Positions 1 to 9,329 of a stretch of DNA of 64,000 nucleotides are shown here, one piece after another. This DNA is from Candidatus Latescibacterota bacterium (GTDB lineage: Bacteria; Latescibacterota; UBA2968). Made by a program: the position numbers and the translations under genes. How positions within the stretch are numbered: the first letter of the stretch is position 1; every line of letters begins with the position of its first letter. The stretch covers positions 3,136,001 through 3,200,000 of the forward strand of contig OZ242311.1 of NCBI GenBank assembly GCA_965207885.1, read 5' to 3'. The notes beneath the pieces are model-generated. The model ran no database searches. It was given only the letters and a program-made list of their open reading frames with translations, and was not told the DNA's origin.

Positions 1-942
1 CAAAGAATGTGTAAAGACATGGCCGCCTTCGCCGGTAGCGACAAAATACAAATAATCGACATCAGCGGGAAAAAGTGCAGCCACAATAGACGCCCGTCCA
101 GGACTGTTAATCGGCCCGGGTGGCAATCCCGAATGGCGGTAAGTATTATAGGGCGAATCGTAGTCATAATCCTTATAAAATAGTCGTCGAGGTTCACCGG
201 GAAGAGCATATTGCACCGTGGGGTCGGCTTGCAGACGCATGCCTTTTTTAAGGCGATTGTGATAGACCGCCGCAATCGTATCTCGCTCGGAATCCCAACT
301 GGTTTCCCCTTCGATAATAGATGCGAAGGCAATCACTTCGTGAATACTCATTCCGAGTTCATGTGCGCGTCTTTGAAGCCGTTCATCAAAAACAGCCTGA
401 CAATGCTCAACCATCCTGCGCAGTACCTGTTGTTCTGATACTGTTGTCGGAAAATTATAGGTTTCGGGGAATAAATAGCCTTCCAGGTCTTTGGCCTGCA
501 CAGAAAGAGTTATACAAAAAGCAGCACTATTCATTAGCAACAGCAACTTTTTCTGGTCGAGATTCAATTTCTCAGATAGGATCGTCGCAATTTGTTTTTT
601 TTCTAAACCCTCGGGAACCGTGACATTTTGCGTGACATCGCGTGAACGCTCCAACTCGAGCAAAATCTCCCAGGTCGTCATCTGACCGTCGAGGGGATGA
701 ATGCCAGCCTTCAGGCGGCGGCTGCTTCCATTGAGCTGTGCGAGATACTGTAGTAGGCGCGGGCTGTGGATCAGGCGTTTCTGATAGAGTTGCTGGCTGA
801 TTTGTTTAACGGTTGCTCCATGTCGAATCTCGACCTCTTTCTTCCCCACTCCCGTTGGCCGATTAAAAATAAAAATCCCCGTGCAAGCACCCAAAAAGCA
901 CACAATTGGCACAATACTCAAAATAAAGAGAAACCGTTTCAT
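1..942 (-). CDS. mltG: Endolytic transglycosylase MltG (YceG family), 3' end runs off the window
   Basis: Not in the ORF track because there is no stop in the window. Manual translation from ATG at 942: MKRFLFILSIVPIVCFLG...VTVPEG...LEGYLFPETY...ASIIEGE...AVYHNRLKKGMRLQADPTVQY...SPYNTYRHSGLPPGPINSPG...YLYFVA. These are hallmark MltG motifs; the gene directly follows ruvX. Confidence 0.95.
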   Translation of the reverse strand, partial: MKRFLFILSIVPIVCFLGACTGIFIFNRPTGVGKKEVEIRHGATVKQISQQLYQKRLIHSPRLLQYLAQLNGSSRRLKAGIHPLDGQMTTWEILLELERSRDVTQNVTVPEGLEKKQIATILSEKLNLDQKKLLLLMNSAAFCITLSVQAKDLEGYLFPETYNFPTTVSEQQVLRRMVEHCQAVFDERLQRRAHELGMSIHEVIAFASIIEGETSWDSERDTIAAVYHNRLKKGMRLQADPTVQYALPGEPRRLFYKDYDYDSPYNTYRHSGLPPGPINSPGRASIVAALFPADVDYLYFVATGEGGHVFTHSL

Positions 943-948
943 GAGGGG

Positions 949-1359
949 CTATCTCCCTTTGTGCTGCAAATAGGTTTCGAGGATTAATACAGCAGCCATG
1001 CGATCTATTTCTCCTTTGCGTTTCTTTGCCTGCATGGCATCCAATTCGCGTTTTGCACCCACCGATGAAAGCCGTTCATCAAACGTGCGAACTGGCTTGT
1101 TGCTCAAAACTGCCAGTTGGGAAGCGAAATTTTCTACAGCACTCGCCATTTCCCCACGACTGCCATCCATGTTTAAGGGCAAGCCAACCACCACTTCCCC
1201 TGCTGCCTGATCCCCTGCGATCTGTGCAACCTGCGCCACACTATCATTGAAATTGCGGACTTTGAGCGTGGGCAATCCACGAACGGAAATTTGCAATTCG
1301 TCGCATACCGCAAGTCCAATTCGTCGCCTCCCAAAGTCAACGGATAGAATCCGCGCCAT
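949..1359 (-). CDS. ruvX: Holliday junction resolvase-like protein RuvX/YqgF
   Basis: ILSVDFGRRRIGLAVCD, VVGLPLNMDGS, FDERLSS and IDRMAAVLILETYL motifs; conserved ruvX-mltG adjacency. Confidence 0.95.
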   Translation of the reverse strand: MARILSVDFGRRRIGLAVCDELQISVRGLPTLKVRNFNDSVAQVAQIAGDQAAGEVVVGLPLNMDGSRGEMASAVENFASQLAVLSNKPVRTFDERLSSVGAKRELDAMQAKKRKGEIDRMAAVLILETYLQHKGR

Positions 1360-1361
1360 AA

Positions 1362-1538
1362 TCAGGGTTGTCCGTCAGTATGGCCTCGCAAACGATCGCG
1401 TTTTTCCATTGCAACTTTGTGTAGGGCAACCGCGAGTTCGCGTGCATCGACCTGTCCGCGTTTTGCAGAGGGCAGCAAATCGTCTCTGAGAGCTTCTATT
1501 TCGTCAATATGCGCCCGAAGGATCAGTGGATTATTCAC
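1362..1538 (-). CDS. Small hypothetical protein (58 aa, predicted helical)
   Basis: GTG at 1538 lies 5 nt before the TAA of the upstream ORF (GTGAATAA overlap), and the stop is 2 nt before the ruvX ATG, so it fills the operon exactly. Confidence 0.55.
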   Translation of the reverse strand: MNNPLILRAHIDEIEALRDDLLPSAKRGQVDARELAVALHKVAMEKRDRLRGHTDGQP

Positions 1539-1878
1539 CCTTATTCCTTTTGTTGGTATGACCATTGCGGTGGGGTTTGCCAAATTGAGGAGGCATCCCA
1601 TACAGGGATTCAACAGCTGATGTGTCAGTAACAGGGCGATCCCACAGCGATTTTATAATGGATTGGAACATCACCTGCAGGGATCGCTTGCGATTTTTTA
1701 GGCAGAGCTTGCGAATGCGTTTTCGAGAGGTGCGTCTGGGTTCTTCGCGTATAAAATCAGCCGCACTGACCCCCTGCTCATGTGCGTGTTCCATCAGATT
1801 GTTAAACGCTTCAATATCGGTATTGTCCGTCAAAACGGCCAATATGCGCTCATCTTCACTAAAATCTGGCTTTTCCAT
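1531..1878 (-). CDS. Hypothetical protein (115 aa)
   Basis: ATG at 1878 preceded by an AGGAGAGG RBS and a good sigma70-like promoter; first gene of the ruvX-mltG run. Confidence 0.65.
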   Translation of the reverse strand: MEKPDFSEDERILAVLTDNTDIEAFNNLMEHAHEQGVSAADFIREEPRRTSRKRIRKLCLKNRKRSLQVMFQSIIKSLWDRPVTDTSAVESLYGMPPQFGKPHRNGHTNKRNKGE

Positions 1879-1896
1879 TTTCCTCTCCTTCAAGCA

Positions 1897-1925
1897 AACT
1901 TAAGCAATGCACGCATTTCTGTCAA
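1897..1925 (-). promoter_or_regulatory. Sigma70-type promoter for the hypothetical-ruvX-mltG operon
   Basis: TTGACA (1925-1920), 17-nt spacer, TAAGTT (1902-1897) on the minus strand. Confidence 0.55.
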
Positions 1926-1947
1926 TCAATCGGCTTAAGAAACCGGG

Positions 1948-2040
1948 CGAATAGACGAATAGACGAATAGACGAATGGCAGTATATACTGATTTTGAGAG
2001 GGTGGGTGGGGTTCGTAGATTCGCTGATTCGTAGATTCGC
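1948..2040. repeat. Two oppositely oriented arrays of 8-bp tandem repeats
   Basis: (CGAATAGA)x3 plus CGAAT at 1948-1976; TTCGTAGA-TTCGCTGA-TTCGTAGA-TTCGC at 2012-2040; palindrome CAGTATATACTG at 1979-1990 between them. Confidence 0.85.
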
Positions 2041-2052
2041 GTTTTTTTATCT

Positions 2053-5000
2053 TCATCGAATATACTGAAAAAAAGTATCCTTTGCCACCTGTGTTCCCGC
2101 AACGAGATCCTCAATAATCACAAAGAGACGATTTTGTCCTACCTGTGCGTGTTCGAGATGGACTTCAAGGGGCAACCGTTCCCAATCGCTATTGCCCACC
2201 TGTGTATAGGACAGCGCGATCTCGGGTTGGTCAACAGTACCCGGCGTACGCCTCTGCTCTGTTTCCGCTGCCTTGACTGCGGTTGTCACGCGATAGCGGG
2301 TCTGCCCAAAGTCGTCTTTCGCCAAATTGTACACTTCGCAATAAAACGCGAGTGGATTGGGCGCACGAACAGTCCTCCGAGGATTGGGAACAACCTGCCA
2401 ATTTCCCCGTCGAAATCGCGCAGCGCGCAGCGTATCCGATAGACTCTTAACAAGCATGAGATCGCTGATATGAAGCTGTTCTTTACCGTAGTCATCAATC
2501 GCTACATCAATCGCGAGTACTCCTTGCCGCGCGGTCATAACATCGGTAACGGTCAGTGCAAGATGATACATCCCTGCGGGTACGTCCTGGCGCGTGATAT
2601 CCACGACTTCCTGAGTAACGACATTTGAAGTATCTACAAAATGTTGCACTTTTTGCGTGTTTCGATACACCACGCGATATGCTGAATCGGCCAGCGCAAC
2701 CGCGTGTTCGAGCACCACCTGGGGCTGTTGCCCATCTGTAACGACGAGCAAATTTTCAAGCGGTATGCCATACATAACATCCACGCGGGTTTTGCCTGCA
2801 TTGCCTCGAAAGTCCGCCAGATCAAAGTAAAAAGTGCCCAGCGACAAACGAGGTGCTCTGCGAAATTCGTCGGGCTGGTTCACGGTAGCATTTTTGTAGC
2901 GCATTGCCGGAGCGTGTTCGGCAATGCGAATATTGTCTCTGAGCATAGTGGGAGGAATGGGCGGAATAGGGGCGAAATCAAACCCGGAGACACCACCCAA
3001 TTCGCGTGTAAAATCGATGACTATACCGCCATCTACCTCGGTATAGACCCACGACTCCCAGGGCACGATACTGCGGTCGTGTTGCATGGTAACAGGCGCA
3101 TAAGCTTCCTGAGAAGGGTCGCTACGAGTGGTTTCTTCGCGGCGTCCTCCAACCGGGCCAAAGGTACTCTGATCGGGAATATCGATTACCTGCCTTTCGC
3201 GTTCAGCAGCAAACCCGCGATCGCTCCGAATGGGAAAAACCGGACCAATCAATTCACTGTCATTGGGATCCCGATACAATTCTCGGTACACCTTTTCCTT
3301 CACTTCCTGCACGCGCGTTGAAGGCAGCGAGGAAACCCATCCCGATCGGGCGCGGTAATCGGGTTCACCGTAGCGGATATAGACTTCACCACGCCGATCC
3401 CAGGGATAATTTTCCCGCCCAAATGCCCAGCGCGCTGTCCAGACCCGTTCGTAGTGCGCCAGTTGGCGCTCGTTGTACGCGCTGGACAAATTCGGATTTT
3501 TTGCACGCCAAAACCGCGCCACATACTTTTTCTTTTCTACATCGTCAAGCGCGTGGTAAATCTCTATTTCCTCCCCTGACAATAGTACCCGAATATCATC
3601 GTAAAGCTGGCGTTCACGCGCGTCAATTTGCGCGAGGAATCGCTCGAATAATTGGGTCGATTCCCCGTAGCGCTTCACCCGTAGTGCTTTGATTGCCATA
3701 ATGGGCAACAAATGCGAGGCTTCGGGTTTTTCGCGTGCGATGGGTGCGACAAAACGGTCGATATCCCGATAATTTTTTACTTGCAACAGACTTCTACCCA
3801 TCCGCTCAGCGACTTCGTCGTCGGGGTCGTGCGCCAAATAAACCTGGTAAAACGCCCGTGCCCTTTGATGGTCTTCGCTGTCGGCATACCAATCGCCCAG
3901 CACGCGGTATGGCGGGAGATATGTCGAATCGCGCCGAATGGCGTTTTCGGCAATTTTAACCCCATCGACCATCCCCTGGTCGAGAAGAGCCTGTGCTAAA
4001 AAGCTGTACGCATCCAGATAATCTGGATCGGATCGAATTGCAGATCTGAGTGCTTGCACCCCGTCATCGAAATACCCGCCCCGCCTCAGCAGTACCAGCC
4101 CTTTTCCCGCGCGCGCCTGTGCTGGCGCATCGGGAAAAATCATAGCTTTTTCAAATGCTTCTTCAGCCTGCTTGAGCAATCCCCGCTCGAGATAGGCATG
4201 ACCGAGCACACTCCACGATTTCCCATCTTTTGCCAGGTCGCGCAACGCTGCAATCTGCGTTTCTGCTGCCCCTGCCCCATACTGCGAAAGGTCTTCACCG
4301 AGCCGCCCCATGGTCGCAGATACAATATCCGCCATTTTGTCCCATCGCCAGACCCTTCGCCCGGTTGAAGACCCCATCCAGAGAATTTGCCCGGTCTCTA
4401 CTTCAATCAAACGCAACACCAGACCGATATTGTCTGTTGCGCCATCTTTGCCCAGCACGAGCAAGCTACCCGTCAGGATGGCCTCCGCAAGCGTTGTTTC
4501 TGATGCTTCCCGGCGCAAATCGGGACTGATGCGAGAAAACCGCCCGTGCTCCTGTCTTCCTTTTAATGCTCCTGGTACGAGAGAAAACAGGCCATCGCGC
4601 TGAATCGCATTTTTGAGGTGCATTTCACAATCGGCAGCAAGAGGTAAATAATCCGTGGTATGAAGCGGTTGCAGGAGGATATGATGTGGCAAATGCTCAG
4701 CCTCTGGCGCTGGTACAGGTGTTTCCACTGCGCCAAATCCAAGCGAAGACCGCACTTCGGCAGCGGGAATCTCTCCCACAGATCGATGCGCTCGCGTCCA
4801 AACCCAGGCCGGATTGTCCCGCACATCGCCAGTCCAGACAATCATACCCGTCCGAAGATCAATGAGTTTGAGTTTGATCAAATAAATCCCTGTAAACGCT
4901 ACAGAACCCGTCAAGAGATAAGAGGCGGGAACCTTTTTGCTAAGGAACTCGCGTAGATCGGGAGAAAGCTGTCTATCTGTCTGATCTATTTCCCCCATCG

Positions 5001-5250
5001 GCACATCGGTTTCTATTAAAACAAACCGCGCCCTTCCCAGAGCTGGCACATAAGCACGGCGATGGAGTTCATAGGCGATGCGATCGGCCATATAGACGCC
5101 ATAATCGCCATTGTAAGGAGAATAAAAGGGCGCGATTGCCAATCGGAAGGTGGCGGCAGGCGGCTGAGAAAAAGCACTGACAGGCAACAGAAACGCGGTC
5201 AGTACATAAAGACATGCCAGATAGAATATTTGTCGCCTCAGCAATAGCAT
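2053..5250 (-). CDS. Secreted GWxTD-domain protein with tandem N-terminal CsgG/TolB_N-like domains and TPR repeats
   Basis: Signal peptide (…LLPVSAFS); TPR-like helices; YVARFWRAKNP..NERQLAHYERVWTA..PWDRRGEVYIRYGEPD matches the GWxTD-family core (variant motif); beta-rich C-terminal domains. Confidence 0.8.
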   Translation of the reverse strand: MLLLRRQIFYLACLYVLTAFLLPVSAFSQPPAATFRLAIAPFYSPYNGDYGVYMADRIAYELHRRAYVPALGRARFVLIETDVPMGEIDQTDRQLSPDLREFLSKKVPASYLLTGSVAFTGIYLIKLKLIDLRTGMIVWTGDVRDNPAWVWTRAHRSVGEIPAAEVRSSLGFGAVETPVPAPEAEHLPHHILLQPLHTTDYLPLAADCEMHLKNAIQRDGLFSLVPGALKGRQEHGRFSRISPDLRREASETTLAEAILTGSLLVLGKDGATDNIGLVLRLIEVETGQILWMGSSTGRRVWRWDKMADIVSATMGRLGEDLSQYGAGAAETQIAALRDLAKDGKSWSVLGHAYLERGLLKQAEEAFEKAMIFPDAPAQARAGKGLVLLRRGGYFDDGVQALRSAIRSDPDYLDAYSFLAQALLDQGMVDGVKIAENAIRRDSTYLPPYRVLGDWYADSEDHQRARAFYQVYLAHDPDDEVAERMGRSLLQVKNYRDIDRFVAPIAREKPEASHLLPIMAIKALRVKRYGESTQLFERFLAQIDARERQLYDDIRVLLSGEEIEIYHALDDVEKKKYVARFWRAKNPNLSSAYNERQLAHYERVWTARWAFGRENYPWDRRGEVYIRYGEPDYRARSGWVSSLPSTRVQEVKEKVYRELYRDPNDSELIGPVFPIRSDRGFAAERERQVIDIPDQSTFGPVGGRREETTRSDPSQEAYAPVTMQHDRSIVPWESWVYTEVDGGIVIDFTRELGGVSGFDFAPIPPIPPTMLRDNIRIAEHAPAMRYKNATVNQPDEFRRAPRLSLGTFYFDLADFRGNAGKTRVDVMYGIPLENLLVVTDGQQPQVVLEHAVALADSAYRVVYRNTQKVQHFVDTSNVVTQEVVDITRQDVPAGMYHLALTVTDVMTARQGVLAIDVAIDDYGKEQLHISDLMLVKSLSDTLRAARFRRGNWQVVPNPRRTVRAPNPLAFYCEVYNLAKDDFGQTRYRVTTAVKAAETEQRRTPGTVDQPEIALSYTQVGNSDWERLPLEVHLEHAQVGQNRLFVIIEDLVAGTQVAKDTFFQYIR

Positions 5251-5265
5251 CAAACTCGGCTTTCC

Positions 5266-6042
5266 TCAATTTATGGGCACTGACAGAGAAACTTGAGCTG
5301 GCCCAATCACCAGATGATCCAATACACTGGATAACCAGACCGCCGCGAGCAAGCCCAGGAAGAGATTGGCCCGTCCCGCGCGAGATTCCACGCGTTCAAA
5401 ATTGCGCGTAAACGCATCGGAATCCGTACCTGCTATGGGTTGACCCAGTTGCAAATCATTCAAACGCGTACCGCGATAGGTATTATATGCACTGCGATAG
5501 GATATATCGGTCACAAGCCAGGCCGCAGCGAGCACCGCTGAAGCCCCCATAAAGCCATATCCTCGTTTTTTGTGTCCGCGGTACAATTGTCCCCACCCAG
5601 GCAAGAGAAGCGAACGACCGGCAGCTCCCCAAAATGTAGTTCCCTTAAGGGTTTGTCGCACTGTTTTACGGCGCATGTCCAAAAACAATGCTCGCGTATC
5701 TACAAGTACTTGATCGGGGGGGATGTCCATAATCCCCTTGTTGGTCTCTGGATCCAGGTGAAGTACTTCAACAAGTGCCAGACGCGCACGAGCCGTATCG
5801 CCAGAAGCCATGTGAATGCGCCCCAGATCAAAAAAGATCTCGGCTCTCCGACTCTGCTGAGGTCTATCTAACAAAGGCACCACGCCCAACAAGCTCGGAA
5901 GATGAGCGAGCGTCTCAAATGCGGTAGCATAATCCCCTGCGCGATAGGCGGCCTGTGCTCTTTCAATAATTCCCCGATCATCCGCCCAAGCCGAACCCAT
6001 CGCCAGACAGAACAACACCCAGACGAATAGACTACGGTACAT
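5266..6042 (-). CDS. Exported/membrane protein with TPR and DUF5683-like membrane region
   Basis: Signal peptide (…GSAWA), TPR-like repeat, AAGRSLLLPGWGQLYRG motif followed by hydrophobic helices. Confidence 0.7.
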   Translation of the reverse strand: MYRSLFVWVLFCLAMGSAWADDRGIIERAQAAYRAGDYATAFETLAHLPSLLGVVPLLDRPQQSRRAEIFFDLGRIHMASGDTARARLALVEVLHLDPETNKGIMDIPPDQVLVDTRALFLDMRRKTVRQTLKGTTFWGAAGRSLLLPGWGQLYRGHKKRGYGFMGASAVLAAAWLVTDISYRSAYNTYRGTRLNDLQLGQPIAGTDSDAFTRNFERVESRAGRANLFLGLLAAVWLSSVLDHLVIGPAQVSLSVPIN

Positions 6043-7573
6043 ACGTTATGACTCCCCCACTTTCATCTGAAAGATGGACAAAATTTCTGGCTGATCCACC
6101 GATAGTTAGATCACCTGCTGAGAATGCGCTCGAAGGCAGTGCCCATAAGAGAAGTGGTGTCCCATCTGTCTGAAACACGCGCACCTGCCTGCGATCCAAT
6201 ACAAAAATTTGCCCTGCGGCATTGAGCGTTAAAGCGCGCGGTTCGATCTGAGTATGCAGCACAACCTCCCACGCAATATTGTTGAGCACTTCTCCAGAAA
6301 AGCGCAAAACCCCTCGTTGAACTCGATTTGCCCAGGCGGCCCAGATAACACCATTGTGAACTGCGATATCCACGGGATCCTCTTCGAGATCGAAAGTGCC
6401 CACAGGAGAACCCGCGGCAGAATAGACGCGTAATTGCCCGCCTGTCACAATATAAATCCGCTGTTGATCGTCCTGGGCCAATCGCACATGCGAAGACGCG
6501 CTTACCCAATTGTCGGGAATACGCCACACCGTGTTATTATTTATCAGTTCGATACCCACTACTACAACGCGCCCTGACCGATCCAGACCCCCGATATAAG
6601 CGCGTTGAAAAGCCTCCTGCCCAGCAAGCGAAGGTCCAGCCAGATCCACCGATTGCGACACGAGGTCGTTCAATCGCGGAAAAGAAGTCCCGACCAGGTG
6701 GCGTGATAGCGCGTTGGGAATATCGACACTCAGGGTATGTCGCAGGCGAGAAAGCGAAATCTGATTGGGGCGAACAATCAGGGCGAGCATGTCGGCTTCG
6801 CCATCGGAATCTGCTGCTGCAAGCCTCATCCGCTCATTCGTTCCGCTTAGAGCCTCTACGATGTGTCGCCCCACTTCGCGGTAAAATTGCACACTCACAC
6901 TGCGACTTGTGAGCCGCACATCCGTCGAAAGGGGAGACCTTGAGACACGCATAGACCTTATGGCATAAGCATAAGAGCGGGTGTCGGAAATCGACCGATC
7001 CCAAAAGGAGGTCTGTGCACGGCTTTGTATGACGGCAAGAATTTTTTTATCACCACCTTCTGGTGTCCTCAGAATTTCATAACTTCTCGCCGTGTTTCCC
7101 TCATCATGCCAGACGAGCTGCACAGCAAGAGCAACGGGGTCGCGCCGAATTTCGCGTAAACCAGCACCGGGGATAGGGACTTCAACAGCAGAAGTACTCA
7201 CCAGGCCACCCTCACTGTGTTCGGCAACCACGCGGTATTGCAGGCGCTCGCCAGCAATCAGTTTTTCGTCTCGAAACGCACCCACAGTCGCGTATTTACC
7301 ATTGGCATCGGCACCGGAAGAAAGCTCAATATTTCTAAAACCGGAAATATCTCGACGCTGGAGGACAAAGTTCTCAACGCGCTTCTGCCCGAGATACTCC
7401 CACTGCACAGTGACCACTCCCCAGGTGTTCTCCTCAACATTATAGGAGGCATCGAGAATGTGGATAAGCGGTGTATTGTATGGGTCTATGCTCAGATCTC
7501 TTTGGGGGTTATAACATCCAATCAGAAGGCCCATAGCACACATAAATAGCAAATGAGAGAAGCGGTTTCCCAT
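6032..7573 (-). CDS. Lipoprotein with FnIII-like repeats and a C-terminal beta-propeller (NHL-like)
   Basis: Lipobox LLIG-C; FnIII-like segments (VQWE..FRDEKL..LQYRVVA; LVWH..FWDRSI..YAYAIRS); propeller-like blades (PVDIAV, PRALTLNAAGQIFVLD). Confidence 0.7.
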   Translation of the reverse strand: MGNRFSHLLFMCAMGLLIGCYNPQRDLSIDPYNTPLIHILDASYNVEENTWGVVTVQWEYLGQKRVENFVLQRRDISGFRNIELSSGADANGKYATVGAFRDEKLIAGERLQYRVVAEHSEGGLVSTSAVEVPIPGAGLREIRRDPVALAVQLVWHDEGNTARSYEILRTPEGGDKKILAVIQSRAQTSFWDRSISDTRSYAYAIRSMRVSRSPLSTDVRLTSRSVSVQFYREVGRHIVEALSGTNERMRLAAADSDGEADMLALIVRPNQISLSRLRHTLSVDIPNALSRHLVGTSFPRLNDLVSQSVDLAGPSLAGQEAFQRAYIGGLDRSGRVVVVGIELINNNTVWRIPDNWVSASSHVRLAQDDQQRIYIVTGGQLRVYSAAGSPVGTFDLEEDPVDIAVHNGVIWAAWANRVQRGVLRFSGEVLNNIAWEVVLHTQIEPRALTLNAAGQIFVLDRRQVRVFQTDGTPLLLWALPSSAFSAGDLTIGGSARNFVHLSDESGGVITYVP

Positions 7574-7727
7574 TTTTGTACCACGAGAAAGGTGATAATT
7601 GATTAACAGGCTTCAATATATTGATATGAACCATGGATAAACAAGTAGTTTTGTCGAACAAGGGCTTGCAAAAATACCTTGCCTTTCTATTACAGCGGTG
7701 TTAAAATTTATAAAGCAGGTAAGTAAA

Positions 7728-7761
7728 AGCCGTCAGCCGTCAGCAAAACAAGCCGAAAGCT
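7728..7761. repeat. Short heptamer tandem repeat (AGCCGTC)n
   Basis: AGCCGTC-AGCCGTC-AGC followed by AGCCGAAAGCT in the 5' region of tonB. Confidence 0.5.
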
Positions 7762-7801
7762 CAATCACATAAGCCCGCAATTCTTTCTGCCGAGATGAAC
7801 C

Positions 7802-8488
7802 ATGAATAAAAAATCAGATCCGTGGATTACGCCTGAAATCCCGCGTATTAAAAATCCAGCCTGTGATCTTAAACGCACGTACAAGCACGTATTTCGCATC
7901 AGCATGGTGATTGCATTTATCTTGCATGTGGGCATAGGGCTTATGTTTCCCACATTCACATCTGGCACGCGCAAAATAGAGCGACGCACCATCATCATCG
8001 AGACCGTCGATATACCGGAAACCCGTCAAATTCACCGCGCGCCGCCACCGCCACGGCCGTCTATTCCCATTGCAACCGAAAGCGAGGATGTGCCCGACGA
8101 CGTCACGATTGAAACTACCGACCTCGATTTCGATAAGGTCGATCTCCATGTGCCCCCACCCCCTAGTGAGACTACTGTAATAGAAGAACCAGAAGAAGAG
8201 ATACTCGAATATTTTATGGTCGAAGAAAAACCCGTGCTCATCCATCGCGTAGCACCAGTATATCCCCCGGTCGCTCTCAAGGCGGGTATTGAAGGCACCG
8301 TTCACTTGAAAATACTGGTTGACAAAGCCGGAGTAGTCGAACAGGCCCTTGCTGTCAAAGGCAAAGAAATTTTTTACAAAGCGGCCCTTCAGTCCGTTAA
8401 TCAATACCGTTTTAAGCCAGCCCGTCAAAATGATAGACCTGTTAAAGTCTATCTCGTCATACCCATACGTTTCCGAATTACTCGATAA
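7802..8488 (+). CDS. tonB: Energy transducer TonB family protein
   Basis: N-terminal TM with His (ILHVG), Pro-rich linker, and TonB_C domain (PVYPPVALKAGIEGTV...FKPARQNDRPVKV..IPIRF). Confidence 0.9.
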   Translation: MNKKSDPWITPEIPRIKNPACDLKRTYKHVFRISMVIAFILHVGIGLMFPTFTSGTRKIERRTIIIETVDIPETRQIHRAPPPPRPSIPIATESEDVPDDVTIETTDLDFDKVDLHVPPPPSETTVIEEPEEEILEYFMVEEKPVLIHRVAPVYPPVALKAGIEGTVHLKILVDKAGVVEQALAVKGKEIFYKAALQSVNQYRFKPARQNDRPVKVYLVIPIRFRITR

Positions 8489-8503
8489 TTTACGAACGCA
8501 AAC

Positions 8504-8544
8504 ACCAACCCCCCGACAAGTTTATCGGGGGGTTGGTTATTTTT
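8504..8544. terminator. Intrinsic terminator between convergent tonB and parA-like genes
   Basis: 13-bp stem ACCAACCCCCCGA / TCGGGGGGTTGGT followed by TATTTTT. Confidence 0.8.
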
Positions 8545-8566
8545 AGACATTGCTGTTGCACACCAC

Positions 8567-9307
8567 TCATCTAAGCATTTGCAATTCTGCCCACAGTTCT
8601 CGATACGCCTGAGTTGCCTTTGAATGCGGCTTGAAGCATGCCACGGGTTGTCTCGCCCATCCCATCTGTTCTACATCTGTCGTGTAAGGAATTTGCGCGT
8701 TCAAAAATTTTCCCTCGCGCTCGCCCACCTGTGCGATCATTTCCCTGTGCATTGTCTTGCGCTGTTCAACCATTGAAAAAAACGACACCATTTTTTTGCG
8801 CTTTAATTTATTTTTTTTAAAGAACTCTACCAGTTTTTGATGCGTCAACATCGACAGAGTTGTCGGAATACACGGAACAACCACATAATCGGCTGCCCTG
8901 AAAACATGCTCGGCAAGGAGCGTCAGATTGGGCGGGCAATCGAAAAAAATATAATCGTAATCTTTCCGCATCGGCGTCAACAGACGCTTCAAATAGCTTT
9001 TGTTTTTTGCCCGCTCGTCCAACCCCAAATCCATATTGCGAAAAGACATGGCCGAAGGCAATAAGTCCAGACCTTCAAAGTCCGTCCCTCGAATATTATT
9101 GTCTAAGTGCTTACCGCCCTTCAAGAAACGCTTGCGCCCAAACTTTTTTTTGGCTCGAATGCGAAAATTAAAAGCCGCAGCCCCTTGAGGGTCTAAATCG
9201 CACAGCAACGCAGTCGCACCAGAACGGACCGCTTCATAAGCCAGATTCACAGCGGCGGCGGTCTTCCCTACGCCACCTTTCATGCTGTATAACGCAAAGA
9301 TACTCAC
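8567..9307 (-). CDS. ParA/MinD-family ATPase
   Basis: Deviant Walker A KGGVGKT, DLDPQG, FFDCPP; GTG start with GAGG RBS; directly downstream of the CHAD gene. Confidence 0.92.
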   Translation of the reverse strand: MSIFALYSMKGGVGKTAAAVNLAYEAVRSGATALLCDLDPQGAAAFNFRIRAKKKFGRKRFLKGGKHLDNNIRGTDFEGLDLLPSAMSFRNMDLGLDERAKNKSYLKRLLTPMRKDYDYIFFDCPPNLTLLAEHVFRAADYVVVPCIPTTLSMLTHQKLVEFFKKNKLKRKKMVSFFSMVEQRKTMHREMIAQVGEREGKFLNAQIPYTTDVEQMGWARQPVACFKPHSKATQAYRELWAELQMLR

Positions 9308-9329
9308 ACCCGCTCCTCAATGAGATTCA

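Noticed and set aside
8567-9307. Plasmid or chromosome partition locus
   Set aside because: No parB, rep or parS-like palindrome nearby; the context is chromosomal housekeeping and polyphosphate genes.
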